A stretch of 63,973 nucleotides of DNA, filler included, from Craspedostauros australis (GCA_030167865.1; 14 parts of 14 records of this genome joined end to end with filler, not necessarily neighbours in it), one strand, 5' to 3'; numbered from the whole stretch's first letter, positions 47,130-60,936 are shown. The notes: generated by a model not told the origin, from the sequence alone. Numbers and translations are program-made.

Positions 47130-48540
47130 TCATTCGGAGTTGTTGCTGCTGTGTTCGTAGTCTTCGTCGTCAATACAGTCAGCTTTCATTTGGTACAACA
47201 GCACCTTCAGCGCTCTGTCCGGATCAATCGAAAGAAATGACAATGGATTTTCAATCTGTCCCGCAAATTCAAGTTCCGGTGCCTCCTCCCGCACCAATTC
47301 CTGCAAGAATGTGACCGATAGTTCCGGCGCATTCAGACACAGCATGGCCTTGCTGTTCGTGGAAGGCAATAGCAACGATGGCAATCTCCGAATCACCTTG
47401 CCGTAATCCTTCTTTGCCACGAAGGAACCCTTTTGGAAGCTGGGCGGGTCCACGAGGATGCGATCGTACGGACCCAACCTCTTGATCTTTCCCCATGACT
47501 TGAAGATGTCGTGCGCAAAGAACTTGACCTGGCTGGAGTGGTACGGATCGTTCGCTCCATTGTCACCACTGGCAGCAGCCTCGCAGAATGCGTCGTGATT
47601 CATCTCATGATTGCGCTGCCCGATCTTCAACGCGCCCTTCGCCATGTCCATGTTCACAACCTGGTACGCACCACCCGCAAGTGCCGCGACCGAGAACGCG
47701 CAGGTGTACGCAAACAAATTGAGCACGATCTGATTGTTGGCGTTGTCCTGCACCCATCTCCGGCCATTGGCCATGTCGAGGAATATGCCTTGATTCTGAC
47801 CTTGCAGCAACCGGACTTCGTATTTCAGACCATTCTCTGTCACAGTGTGCTGTCTCGGCACGGCTCCTTCCCGCAACGTATTGGATGCTGCTGAACTACC
47901 CGTCGATCGGCATTGGTACACGAAGTTGAACGTGTCTGCGGTGATCGGTGGCAATGTCACGTTGGAATAGTTTGCGTCAGTATTGTCCANTTCAANCGAC
48001 GNTACCTCTGCATGTTCGTTCAAACANCATCCATGGCGATGNCAATGGTCCTTCAAGGCTGACTGGATTGATTGGATGGAATCTTCCTCCAGCGTGGAAA
48101 AACTCGTCANAACCCAGACAGGGTGGAACCAATCCAACGCCAGATGCTCGCACCCGCGATACATCCCACCCCGACCGTGAAACACTCGTTGCGCTTCGGT
48201 GCTTTCTGTTATCGCTGTCATGTTGGACGTTGCGATGACGTCGAAGATTCCAGGGCATGTGCACATGCCTGTGGCTGTGCATTGCTGGTTTGTATCGACC
48301 TTGTCCGAGAGAATTTCTGCTGGCTTGGTTTTATACACTCTGGCGTCATCACTATCCGGCGTCAACCCCAATCTTAGTATCGTTGCTACCAATGCGGTTG
48401 GCCTCGATTTGAGTTCATGCCAATTGCAGAGACTCGGAGATGACGCCTGAAGCGATCTTGCGGACCGACGTGTCGTTGTCAGAGAACGATCATGGCTGAA
48501 CGCCGAGGGGAATGAACCTGGATGGAAAGCCAGACATGAC

Positions 48541-48580
<40 letters not shown>

Positions 48581-48680
48581 TGGGAGTGGCCGCAGCTGTG
48601 TTGCAAAAGCAAATGAAGCATGTCACTGCAATCGCCGTCGCTCTGGCAATAGCATGGTGGCTTGGATAGATCAGTCTCAT
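47130..48680 (-). CDS. Class I SAM-dependent methyltransferase, RlmI/RlmK-like, with an N-terminal targeting-like extension
   Basis: RVFHGRG, QNQGIFLDM, VLNLFAYTCAFSVAAL and DPPSFQKGSF...DY. The N-terminus has a hydrophobic stretch, poly-Ser (GAT repeat at 48538-48579) and CLAF. Confidence 0.85.
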
Positions 48681-49032
48681 GATTGCTACTATCGTGTGTC
48701 CACGTGTCGTGGAGACACATTGGTGGGGGAAGAGGATTCGTCAAACCTGAATCTCTGTGTTCCTTGAAATGAACGGTTGTGGCGGCAATGATTAGTGTTC
48801 GTGATTCGGTGTTCGCCAAGTGTTCTCTCGAATCTTCCTTCCATCCTTGACACCACCACCACGTCCACCTCCACCACCAGGCAACATCAGCCAGCGTCCA
48901 GCAATCCATTGAAACCACACACAATCGCAGCATCGCCCACATGCCTAAACAACAAACCGACAAAGAGAGATAATAGGTATCATATTGAACATTGATTGCG
49001 TGCATTTACGATGTGATGGTTTACAATTGCAA

Positions 49033-49974
49033 CTACAAGCCCTGAGTTCGGACGACTGTAGCTGGCGAGGCATAGCTGAGATGCAGGCGCAGATCAGGCC
49101 GGTTCTTCAATGTCCGAATGTACGTGTAAGCGGTCATGTGGTCTTGGGTTGTGATGCCAGCACGAGAATAGACCAGCCGGGTCCCGTTGATCTGTGCCTC
49201 GGACTTGATCCGTTCCGCCTCCGACTGTGCCTTGGATCGGATGAGCGATGCATTGGCATTTGCCGTCCTCAACGTGACGCTCTTCTCCAGCTCGATCCTA
49301 TTCACCTGTACGCTGGTCTCCTCGCGTTCTAGCTCCGCCAGCTGTAGGAACTCCTCCATGTCGTTGCGTTCGTTCTGGATGCGGCCTTCCAATTGCTTCT
49401 GTGCCACATTCTCGGGGATGCGGATGCGTCCCAAATGGAACTGATCCAACGTGCAATGCAACGACGGCTTTTCGTTCCATCGATTTCGCACCGCATCGCG
49501 GAACTTGCGTTCCACCAACCTGCGCTCTTGGAAGTACTCATTGAAGGTGACAGAGATTGCGGCGTTCTTGATGGCATCCTTGGCACGTGACACAACCACA
49601 TCCTTGTATCCTCGCGCGAGCTCTCTGTGCAGGTCAATGATCTCGTCCTCGATGAGGAAGTAGGTGAAGTCGACATCCACCTCGAAGGCAAGGCCGATGG
49701 ACTCGTTGCCGCCTCCCGCTGAAAATACAGCAAGCTCCTCGAATGACTCGGAATGCGCGTCGGCTTGGTACGTGATGAAGGTCTTGTCCGGGCCAAGATG
49801 GTAGCGCCCGCGCGTGTACACCTTGTCGTAGAATATGGTGCCAGTGGACTTGCGCTTGCTGATACCGAATTCGTAGTAGTCGATGTATCCGAAACTGAGG
49901 GGCAACAGGATGACGAAGAGGAGCAGTCCGGTCAGCAGCAGGCAGATGCCGCAATTTCTACCATCCTTTGCCAT
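49033..49974 (-). CDS. SPFH/band-7 (prohibitin/HflKC-like) membrane protein
   Basis: N-terminal TM segment, G-x-YHLGP, F-x-VDVDFTY, IRIPE and an A/E-rich coiled-coil C-terminus. Confidence 0.8.
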   Translation of the reverse strand: MAKDGRNCGICLLLTGLLLFVILLPLSFGYIDYYEFGISKRKSTGTIFYDKVYTRGRYHLGPDKTFITYQADAHSESFEELAVFSAGGGNESIGLAFEVDVDFTYFLIEDEIIDLHRELARGYKDVVVSRAKDAIKNAAISVTFNEYFQERRLVERKFRDAVRNRWNEKPSLHCTLDQFHLGRIRIPENVAQKQLEGRIQNERNDMEEFLQLAELEREETSVQVNRIELEKSVTLRTANANASLIRSKAQSEAERIKSEAQINGTRLVYSRAGITTQDHMTAYTYIRTLKNRPDLRLHLSYASPATVVRTQGL

Positions 49975-50719
49975 GGTTGTTGTTGTTGTGATATGATATG
50001 TACGTTGGAAGTGCGAGTGCTTTGATGTGTGATGTGTGGTGTGTGATGTGTGGTGTGTGATATGCACGTTGGAAGTGCGAGTGCTTTGAAGTTCTTTTTA
50101 TGAGATGCCGATCAATGTCTGCTGCTATCTATTCTCGATTGCTGGTTGTGCTGCTCTTGATGATCTGTGGGGCTGTGTTCTTGTGCTTGTTAGTTGCTCG
50201 TTTGGATACTCGTTTGGGTTGCGTGTTTGGCTTGTTCTGCCGTGTTTGGAGTCGAATCTTTTCATTCGCGCTCGTGGCTCGTGGTTGCGTTCTGCGTTTC
50301 ATTCCCGTTGGTTGATGTCACGACTCGAAACGTGATGTCGTGTCATTGATACGACACAAAGACGACAGGTCCATCGCGAAATCTCATTGTGCATTTGTCT
50401 GAAGCGACATCCGCGACATCCAGACGAGCACAAACACGCCACCAATTCCGCGAAATTCCGATTTGCAAACACGGTGTCACGACTGAAACCTGAATTGCAG
50501 ATGCGCCAAACAAAAAGATCTCCTCGCGCCCCTCGGTGCGACACCGACAGGCCTGCGACCACACTGCGTCTCATCTCTGTTGGGCACTTCACATCTTGTG
50601 TCATAAAATCAAAGAGTGAGCCAAACACAACTCGTGCTCGACACTCCACCAAATCCAACAAACCCAACGACACCAACAACTACTACAACTGCATCAAACA
50701 AAGCCGCAGCAATTACAAC

Positions 50720-51633
50720 ATGACTCGATCTTCCAAGGGTGAAGAGAGCGATGGCGACATCGGCTTCAATGCTTCGTTCAAGTCCGCCACGCCATTGATG
50801 GACGAGGGAGATGTGGAGGACGCGGCAGGTGCGGCAGATCCTTCAAGCAAGGACCACCAACGAAGTACAAGCCCTTCACGTCGGTCCCGCCAGACCGAAC
50901 GTCGTGAACTCACTCCTGGGATGATCCGAGCCAGACGCATCTCATGCTGCATTTTTGTGCTCGTGCTCGTGATCACGCTAATCGCCGTACTCGCCACCTC
51001 ATTCAAGAAGGTCGACAACACCGAGTACGGCCTGAAGTACGCCAAGTACTCAAAGGTCTTGAACGACGCATCTCAGTCGGGAGGGTTGCATGCGGGTCCT
51101 CCGGGATTCAAGTTCATCAAGTTCCCCTCGACGTTCGTCACCGCCGATCAGGAAGGAACCTGCATCTCGAGAGATGGTCTCCGAGTTGAGTTCTCCCTGA
51201 CATTCCAGTACCTCATCAAGCAAGAGAACCTGTACGACGCCGTCATTCGGTATCGCGACTTTGGCAAGTGGGCCAATATCGTCGAAGCGGCAGGGCAGAG
51301 CTCGGTCCAGCATTCATGCTCCGAATTCTTCATCTCCAACTTCCAGAACAAGCGCGGGGAGATCCAGTCGACGATGGAAGCGAATCTTCGCTCGAAGCTT
51401 GGTGGCGATCCACAAGACCCGAACGACTTTGGCGTTTTCGCCGAGGCCATCTCGCTACAACTTCGCAATGTGGAGCTGCCAACAGAGTACGACGACGCCA
51501 TCTCGAAGAAGCAGTCCGCGGAGGAAGACATCGAGCTTGCTCGGACACAACGCAAGCAGGAGATCACGAAGGCCCGGACCGAGTTCCTCGCCGCTGAGCA
51601 GGAGGCGCAAAGGATCCTGGACATTGCAGAGAC
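50720..51633 (+). CDS. Second SPFH/band-7 membrane protein, 3'-truncated
   Basis: TM segment, EYGL, GGLHAGPPG...FIKFPS, SRDGL-x-V...FQY, LQLRNVELP and a coiled coil. Confidence 0.82.
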
Positions 51634-51733
51634 NNNNNNNNNNNNNNNNNNNNNNNNNNNNNNNNNNNNNNNNNNNNTTAATTAATTAANNNNNNNNNNN
51701 NNNNNNNNNNNNNNNNNNNNNNNNNNNNNNNNN

Positions 51734-54700
51734 AAATCCATTGTCATTTCTTTCGATTGATCCGGACAGAGCGCTGAAGGTGCTGTTGTACCAAATGAAA
51801 GCTGACTGTATTGACGACGAAGACTACGAACACAGCAGCAACAACTCCGAATGAGACGCCGGCAGCGACGACAGGAGATGCGGCTGTATGGACGGCGCTT
51901 CCACAAATCTCTGTAATACATACGAGTACGCACGACGACTCACGAAGTCTCGTTACATTTTTGGATTCTAAATTCAGACTACATATTGTCCATCGTGTCA
52001 ATTGCGGCAGAACTCGTTGGACTTCTTGAATTTCGGAGACCACCAGTAGAATGGCGAAAACCGCGTCACAATTTCCTTCTGAGTTGTGGTAGGAATCCCT
52101 TCCCCCGAGTCCACTGCTGGACTTGATATCACAATCTCTCTCGTGATGTGGACGTGCCCGTATCTGATCTTGATGGCTCGTTTAACACTTAATCGTATGC
52201 GTCTACTTGCAGCATCCCCGTCGCCTCCAATCGCTTTCGCAGGATCCGCACCTTTGCTGGTGCGCCCCATTCTCCGTACAATCTCAGTGCCTCGTCGAAA
52301 TGATAGGAAGCATCGTCGTGCTCTCCATTCCGCAGCCACATCTCCGCTAACCTCTCATTGGCCAAAGCCTGAATGTTGAGCTGCCCTCTCCGTCCTGACA
52401 AGCGGATGCACTCTTTGAAATGGGCATACGCCACCCCGGTTTTCCCTTTCCAACCGAATCGTTCACCGTTGACCATCTCCAACAAGTGATCCGTGTTGGG
52501 ACATCCTTCCCGAGTCCATTTCTCCAGATGCCCCCGGCTCTTCTTGGCGATTGCCTTGTACTGTTTGTACGTTTTGTGCTTCTTAGAATGCTTCCCCGCT
52601 GCGTAGCTGCAGCTCAATGCAGCCGCCAATGTGGCGTAGACGATGACCGGTTGTCCTGGGGCGTTCTTCATGATAATTGGAAAGGATGTTAGCGACAAGT
52701 CCGCACAAAGCTGGAGCTCTCCAAAGTACATGGCCAGTTGTAGTTTGTTACTGCCGGTGCCCAGGACCAATAGGTCCTGTCCATCTTCTTTGTACTTTGG
52801 AAGCGACACGTCTTCGTCGAAGGCTTCACCCTTGAGCATCGTCGTATGAGGTGACCGTCCCAGCAAATTCAATATGACCTGCTGCAGCATACGGAATACT
52901 TCCCTTTGCCTCACCATGCCATGATCATCCATAACTTGCGTGTACAGCAGACAACCCTCTTCCATTTGTCGTAGGTTGCTGCCAGTGTACACACCAATGT
53001 AATGGAACTGAAAGATGGCCCATCCGGCAGCATCCACATCGCCTGTTGACATTCCGATTTCGTAGGTCTTCATCAGCTCGGGCCGACAAATGGCGAAGGG
53101 CCGAGTCCAATGGAAAACCCCGAGGTAGGCCGTCACCATGGTCCGGCTCTCCGCGTCACGGCAATCCATCTCCTCCAATAACTTCATGGCATGCTCAGCG
53201 TAGGCCGTGGCTGCCTTCACGTTCCCCAAGAACCAATTGATGATCAAGCCGGAGTAGGCCAATGCGGGAGGCGACCACGTGGTGAGGCCACGCTTGAAAG
53301 ATTGGTGGACGTTCTCCAGAATCATCAGCGGCATCAAGTCGGGCTGCATCATGTAACAGACGTCGCCTAAAGTGTCTAACGTCACCATGATGGCACGCGC
53401 CTCTTTGTCCGTTGTAATCTCGAGCTTTTCTAGCACGGCAGGCGACCACTTGTTCTTCACCTTCGACGACAGACCGATCAGGCCAGTGATCGTCGCGAAT
53501 TTTTGCATTGCCTTACTCTTCGGAAGCCGGCACCCTAGCTTGCGCAAGGTCTCCAGACCAAGTGCGATCGGTTCGAAGGAAACATCGCCAGGCTTTGCGA
53601 TCCTCCTCCCCGTGCCAAGGAGCACGTGATAGACTCGCATCTTGTCTGCTAGCGGGCAGTCCGCATCTTGCACTGGCTGCGCGTACTCCTCCAACAAGCG
53701 TAGGTCTGAATTGACAGACGCGCATTCGGCGGCAGCTGTGTAGAGACGGACCGAGTACATTGTGTATTCGCCCACCCAGTGATCGTTTGGCAGCAGTTCG
53801 ATGGCATGCTTGAAGTAATCTGCAGCTATTCGGAATGACGCGCATGCGACGGAATCACATCCCGCCTGGTAGTTGAGCTGAGACACGCGGAATCGCAAGG
53901 GATGGCACCGTGATCCAACATGCGCCGGGAGCAAATCGAGACGAGAATTGATGAGGTTGGCGATGACGAAGATGGAATCCCGCAGGTCTTCATCGTCGAG
54001 GCTCTCGACGAAGATCTCGCCGATACGGAACCGCAGCTCGGGGAGCTTGTCGGAAGGCACGAGGTTGAGCGCAGCTTCCAGGACTTTGTCATGCACGAAG
54101 GAAACGGACTTCTCAGTGCCTGCGTCCATGCCTGTGTCCACGCCTGTGTTTATATCTGTATCTACGCTGGTGTTGGCGTTGGCGTTGGCGTTGGTGCTGG
54201 CGTTGGGGTTAGCGTTGAGATTCCTGGCGATGGCTTGGTTGGATGCTTCTCTTCGCTGGTTGATGGCACCACTATCGTTATCCCCCGCTGCGTTCTTCTC
54301 GTCTTCACCGGAATTTGATGGAGACGCTGTGCTAACCACATTGTACTGCTGGCTGGATTGCAAGATGAAGCCTTCCTTTTGGCACGTGTCCAGTATCATC
54401 GATAGCTCCTTGGCCACGTCAAGGGGCGACTGGCCAAACATGTTGCGAAACCAGTCAGAGTGTCCCGAATGCTCGGAGAATCCTTCGACGGCACGGCGGA
54501 TCATGTCGACGGTGGTGGTGTTGCCCAGGCACGCCATGAGCGGGAGCACGATGTGCGCCTCCTCGGAGTGTTGCAACTTGTCCGTGAGCAGGTCGAGGAC
54601 GTTGTTCGTTGCCGATGATCGTTTGCGAACATTGTCATCGTTCCAGGACCACTTCGTCAGGCCGATGTTGTAGTTGAGCAAGTCGTTGTCGACCAGCATG

Positions 54701-55521
54701 CGGATGAAGTGCTGGATGAAGAAGACGTTACCGTGGGTCTTTTCGTAGATGGTGGAGGCGAGCTGGTCGACCATGCGTGGAGACTTTGGATCGAGCAGCT
54801 GTATCAGCAGCTCTTTGACGTTGTCGGTGCTGAAATCGTCGACGTTGATGCGTGCCAGGTGCAGCGATCGTTCGTGATGCGTCGCCTTCAACTTGTCCAA
54901 GGCTGTTTTCAGTGTGTGGGAGATCTCGTTGGATCGATAGGTGGCCACGACCATGAGGGACGAGACTCTGCCATCCAGCAGGCACTTCTCGATGACTTCC
55001 ATCGAGGCTTTGTCAGCCCACTGCAGATCGTCGGCGATCCAGACGATGGGTGTGATGGACGTGACGATCTGGAAGAACCGAATGATGGCGAATCGGAGCT
55101 GATCTGCCTGCTTGCCGTAATCCAGCGTGCTACGTTCGGCATGATGCAAGTCGCTGATGGTGGAGAAGCTCCCGATGCTGCAGGAGTCGCTGAACGTGCC
55201 CTCGCCTCTGCCGCTCTCGGGGTTCATATGTGGACGATGCTTCGTCCCCACAATATCAACGAGGTTCGGCACCTGCTTCGAGAGGACGGCGAGTGCCGTG
55301 CGTCCCAATCCCCTCGAAATCGCCGTTTTCAACCTCTTGTACTGGTCCTTCCGGAACTGGCGCAGCTGCTCGCGGCTTTTGGATGCGGCCGGGCAAGGAA
55401 TTGATGCCGACGCCGTATCGTGCTGCAACTGCGCGATGCTGAAGCAGAGCTTGCTGATGGCCGACCTCACGCTCTCGAGCGGCTGTTGGTCGTTCTGATT
55501 GTTCTCGAACTTGGTGGAAAC
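51734..55521 (-). repeat. Exact reverse-complement copy of 43463-47250 (overlapping contigs)
   Basis: ORF coordinates sum to 98984, and each copy has one end at a contig edge. Confidence 0.95.
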
Positions 55522-56173
55522 GAAGAAGAGCTTGCGTCGCACCACCTCGGGCTGCAGCTGATGAGCCAGCATGGACTTGCCCGAACCGGATAGGCCGGCC
55601 AACAGCGCCAGGCTGCGACGCGATTCATGACGCCGGCTTTGAGAGCGGGCGAGCTTCGGTATCGGCCGTTCTGTGGGAGCATCGCGGCCTGAGGTAGACG
55701 ACGCGGAAGGCATTTGCGCGTATTCGGAGGCGTGACGATCCAGCATCTGGTTCAGTGTCTTCATCTCCTCGCTTCTGCCCACGAGCCTGATCCGACTGAA
55801 ATCCAGCCGCTCGTGAGAGTACTCCCTCAATCGATTGGCGTTGATGCTGAGCATTCGGACGGGGCGTTGCGAGACGTTGCGCATGAGTATCGAGCCTCTG
55901 AGGTTGCTTTCCCGCCTGGATGATTGGTAATCCGACGCGCTGGAGACGGACATTTCTGTGGTGCTCGTGGTGGACGCCCTGCTTACGTCGCCGGACTGGT
56001 GACTGCGATGCGCATCTCGTTTGGAGAGCCGCAGGGGCTCCGAGTGTTCGGCCCAGTCGGCATCATCGCCGGCATCGTCGCCATCTGCGGGAGCAGACAC
56101 GATGGTGATGTGCTGTTCATCGATACTGCCGACGGCATCGACGTCGCTCGACGATTTCCGCTTGAGGCTGAAC
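52189..56173 (-). CDS. STAND/AAA ATPase-helical repeat protein (>1303 aa), paralog of 2281-6168; frame open to the contig end
   Basis: LVGRSEE, Walker A GLSGSGKS, DDLQWAD, GNVFF and HDKV. Confidence 0.85.
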
Positions 56174-56273
56174 NNNNNNNNNNNNNNNNNNNNNNNNNNN
56201 NNNNNNNNNNNNNNNNNTTAATTAATTAANNNNNNNNNNNNNNNNNNNNNNNNNNNNNNNNNNNNNNNNNNNN

Positions 56274-58157
56274 ATGTTCAATGCTATGCTCAAGTTGGGC
56301 CATGCATCCCAAGTGACGACGCCCAACGGAGAGGTCATTGAGATCCTTGGCTTGGCATTTGTTGACGACATGGATCTGGTCCGACTGGAGGTCACAGGCA
56401 GCGAAGGAACCAACACAGAGGCATTCAAGAGTATGGTCCACGACTGGAGCCGGCTGTTGAGAGTGACAGGCGGGGCGTTGGTTCCTGCTAGGTCAGTTTG
56501 GTGGGCCATCCAGCCCGAGTTCGTCAAAGGCGAGTGGGGCTGGAAGGACGTCGACACCCGCACCGCCATCCAAATCGAGGACGGAAACGGTGTCAGGTCA
56601 GAGATACCCTACAAGACGATGGACCAACCCCTGTTCACACTGGGAGTGTTCATTGACTTCGACGGCGACCAGACAGAGCAGATGCAGAGGATGAGAGCGA
56701 AGGCCAAGGATTTCGGAGGAAGAATGCAGGCAGCACAGATATCACCGGAAGACGCTAAGTCGGCGCTATCGCTGAGGTTCCTGAAGACGATCGAGTATGC
56801 CCTGCCGATGACGCAGCTTTCCAGACAACAATGGCAACTAGTCATGGCTCCGGCGCTGCTGGCGTCACTTCCAAAAATGGGAGTGTCCAGGAACTTCCCA
56901 CGGGCCCTTGTGTACGGCACAACCTCGCTTGGCGGGTTGGGAATCATTAACCCGGCCAACGCCTAGCTGATTTCACAAATACAGCTTGCGTTTGATGAGG
57001 TGCATCAAGGAACCCAGACAGGAAAGATGATCGAATGCTCTATTCTGGCACTCAAGGAAGAGCTGGGAACGGGCAGATCTATTTTCCAGTACCCCTTCGA
57101 TAGTGTGGGCCACTGTGCCACACAGTGCTGGGTGACGGGGCTATGGCAACAACTCCAAGACACCAGCATCCAGATTTATGAGACGACAACGACAGCGAAG
57201 GTCCAATGGGAAGGAGAGAGCTTCCTCACGGATATCTGACTGGAACAAAGCATCAAAGGAGCACAGCTCCGTCACCTGAACATGGTGCGCCAGAATTTGG
57301 GAGTGCTACGCTTGTCTGACATTGTATCGGCCAATGGCACAAGGATACTCGGCGAGGCTCACGACGGCACCATGGCGTCTTGCATACCCAAGCGCTGGGC
57401 CAACCAGCCGGAGCGACTACCAAGCGGATGGTGGCGAGAATGGCAACACTGGTGCAAGTCCATGTGTTTTCGAGGCCTTCTCCTGCACGAGCCGCTCGGT
57501 AGGTGGTACCGCGACGATGGGTCCTGGCGGTGATGGAAGGATACCTACGGCCACAATATATTCGACACGGGGGCACAGCCCCCACAGCGATATTCGCTTC
57601 GTCGAAACAGCAGAACCCGCAGGCAGCTCTACTCTCGGCGAGGCACAGCAGACAGTCTCCCAACAGGAGCCAAACGTGTCTTGGTGACTCTCACGGAAAC
57701 CGGCATGATGTGGGACGGCTTCGTCGGATTGGCACAGCCGATCGATGAGCGCGAAGAACCCTACGACCCAGTGGAGAATCTGCAAGGCGAACTGAGTCTC
57801 GAGGAGGCCGAGTGCGCTGCACGGAGATCCCAGCTGCTCGTGGTGAGTGACGGATCATTCAAAGATTTCAGAGGGACCGCGGCTTCTATTCTGTACGACG
57901 AGGCGACGACGGCAAGTATGACATGCCAGACGTTCGTCCCGGGCCCGTCCGAAGTGCAAAGTGCTTACAGAAGCGAACTTGCGGGAATCTGGGCGTCGCT
58001 TACCGTGATAGCCAGGATGCGAGGTCTGGACGCCTCGTGTGCGATTACCATTGCACTTGACGGCAAGCAGGCAATGTTGCAGGCCCAAGAGGATGGACTA
58101 CGCCCAGGCCAACGCGACTGGGATGTCCTGGCTGAGATTCGAGAGCTGCGGCACAGG
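56274..58157 (+). mobile_element. Decayed Ambal-like LINE fragment: RT C-terminal part, linker and RNase H start
   Basis: AFVDD, GGALVP-x-x-S-x-W, TLGV, GGLG, then SDGSFK...QSAYRSELAG. Stops at 56964 and 57237 plus a frameshift. Confidence 0.85.
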
Positions 58158-58257
58158 NNNNNNNNNNNNNNNNNNNNNNNNNNNNNNNNNNNNNNNNNNN
58201 NTTAATTAATTAANNNNNNNNNNNNNNNNNNNNNNNNNNNNNNNNNNNNNNNNNNNN

Positions 58258-59692
58258 CGACATCGGATCTTCACAACAGCACCATCACGGCCGCATCGTC
58301 AAGGGGAGGGAAGCACGCAGATAGCTTCTCCACCCTCATGTCGCCGTCCGAATCGGATACCATCTTCAGCCCACAATCGCGCAGCCAGACACCCAGTAGC
58401 ACAAGCCACAAGAAGAGCGGATCGTCGCGTCGCCTGCGCGCCCAAGGTAACTTGCTCGTTCCCGACCTGGAAAAGAAGTCCAACCATGATCGTGATTTGA
58501 AGTCGCCATCAACGCGGAACAGACACAAGACATCCAAGAAGGACGATGGTGGCAAGTCATCGCGTCATCAACACACACTGGATCAGAACGAATTGGGATC
58601 GTCGCACCAGAAGGAGGGCCGATCGAGACGCACGAAGACAGGATCATCCTCGAAGCTGGATCCAAGTGACGCTCGTGAGGCATCCGCACGAGGCGAACGA
58701 TCCACTCGTCGCAAGACTCGTTCGTCGCATCGCAGCAGCCAGGATGAGGAAGAGGTGGAACCATCCTCGCGTTCCAAGCACAAGGTTGGCCGCAGCAATC
58801 GCGACGAGCGCAAATCTGATATCAATGCCGATGCGGTGGAGGCGGCTCTGCGATCGGGGTCACGTCATCGGTCATCACGGCGCAAGGAGAGTGCACCTGA
58901 CCCTGCCGGACGCATGGCCTCGCAGGATGCCACCTCGTCAACGCCAAACCGCACTGGTAGATTGGCGCGGCAGAAGTCGTCGCGGAAGCAACGCGACCTG
59001 AAGAAGGTGACGGAAGAGGCATTGGACAATGCCGCGGATCCATCCAGCCGTTCCAGAAACAGATCGTCGCGCAAGAAGGATATGGATGACACCAATCCAT
59101 CCACGCGATCACGTCACCGTTCGACGCGCGGAAAGGGTGACCTCAACCGATCCTCGCGCAAGTTGTCCGTGGGTGATCAGCCGCAGCAGGACACTTCGAC
59201 AACAGCCGTGACAGCCACCACGGCAGAACCGTCAACTCGGTCGAGGCATCGATCATCGCGCAAACGTGAAAGCAAGAACGGAGAATCGTTGAAGAAGACT
59301 CCGTCAAAGAGCGATGTTATGGATATGTCGAAGCCGAAATCCTCCCGCGCGAAGAAATCTTCATCTCGCGAGAGCACGGAAATGAAGAACCAATCCACGC
59401 GATCGCGCCATCGATCCGCCGCACGCAAACCCAACAAACGCAATGACACGGACAAATCTGCGGCGCAGGAGGCCGCTCCCACCAAAAGCAAGAAAGGCAG
59501 CAGCAACAACGTTAGCGACAAGAGGCACCGCAGCCGCAGCGCCACGAGACGTCGGCGTGCCGATTCCATTCGCGACAGCAATCACAGCAGCAGCGAGATC
59601 GTGTCCACCTCCACGCGTTCCAAGCATCGCGTGCTGCACAAGCACCGCGATGAGGAGGATACGATGCAATCGTCTTTCCGCAAGCAAAAGTC
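58258..59692 (+). CDS. Fragment of an R/S/K-rich low-complexity protein with a repeated STRSRHRS motif
   Basis: Long open frame with about 7 variants of (P)STRS(R/K)HR. Confidence 0.65.
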
Positions 59693-59792
59693 NNNNNNNN
59701 NNNNNNNNNNNNNNNNNNNNNNNNNNNNNNNNNNNNTTAATTAATTAANNNNNNNNNNNNNNNNNNNNNNNNNNNNNNNNNNNNNNNNNNNN

Positions 59793-60936
59793 GCGCACGG
59801 CGCAGATCCTGTTCCAGGATTTTATTCTCGCCGGCCGGAAGTAGAGCGACTCTCCGGTGAACGGCTACTACCCGTTACTCGCCCATGCGGGATGCAAAAA
59901 GGCACGCCCACCAGCGTTGCGTCTCCGCTACAAACTGCCTCAACCCAAGTGCAAATCACGGGACCGGATCGTTTCATGACGTCAACGACAGTCCCGCTCC
60001 GTGCAAATGCACTTGCAGGGTCTCGCGACGACGAATGGCGCCACCGAATCCATGGTCAGTGTGATCTCGGTGCCAATGTTTGCGCGACTCCGCATGCGCG
60101 TCTCCTCTGTGACTACACCGCATTTACTACTCCTTCCAGCCTTGCAGCAGCGGACTCATCTTCGCCTGCTATGGAGTGCCCGGGAGAAGGGTACATGCGG
60201 CTATCATGTGGCGACGGCGCGCATCTTTCGGTGCACACTCTTCTGTGCCCACGGCTGGCAGACACGCTTGTGTCGCCACAGTCCATCATCAAGCAATGTG
60301 ACAACCCGTACACCAGCTTTGGCATCGAATCCACCCAGCACAGTGCTCACATCGTCTTCAAGTCTCCGGATGGCAATCTTCGAGTACCGCTGTACATTCG
60401 CAACGGTCTGTACTTCTTCGGAGGCGTTCGTCCACACGCCATGACCTTGAGACAGGCATCGCCTACGCTCCTGTCGGAACTTTGGCATCTACGGCTTGGG
60501 CATGTGGGCATGGCGCAACTGCAGAAGCTTTCCAAATGCTCCACTGGTATCCCGGCATCTGTTACAAAGCACATTCATCCGCTTCGACACTGTGACACGT
60601 GCAGCAAGGCAGGATATCAGCATGCCACACGCGGCCCCAATGACACGGCCACAGCCAATGTTGCTGGCGCTCGATTCCACGTCGACTTTGGGTTCATGAG
60701 AGCCACTGACGATGCGTACGGCCAGCGCAAGAAGTCCCAAGGCGCTCAACGAGTCATCCAATCCGTCGATGGGTTTTGCGCATACCTTCTTGTGGTCGAT
60801 GCATGTACATGCTATGTGTGGGTGTTTCTTACCAAGGACAAATCCCCGCCCATCATGGCTGTACGGCAAACCCTGACTACTTTTGGGCGCCGCGAAGGCT
60901 ATCGTGCGGTTCGTGTCGACTTGGGCGGTGAACTGG
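59793..60936 (+). mobile_element. Ty1/Copia LTR retrotransposon pol fragment (degenerate protease, GAG-pre-integrase, integrase start), diatom CoDi-like
   Basis: DLGAN, NGLY, LWHLRLGH...CDTC, FHVDFGF, YLLVVD...YVWVF and VRVD-x-GGE, in Copia domain order. Confidence 0.88.

Noticed and set aside
49995..50089. 31-bp direct repeat upstream of the SPFH gene
   Set aside because: It flanks a TGTGA/TGTGG microsatellite and is most simply a slippage duplication.
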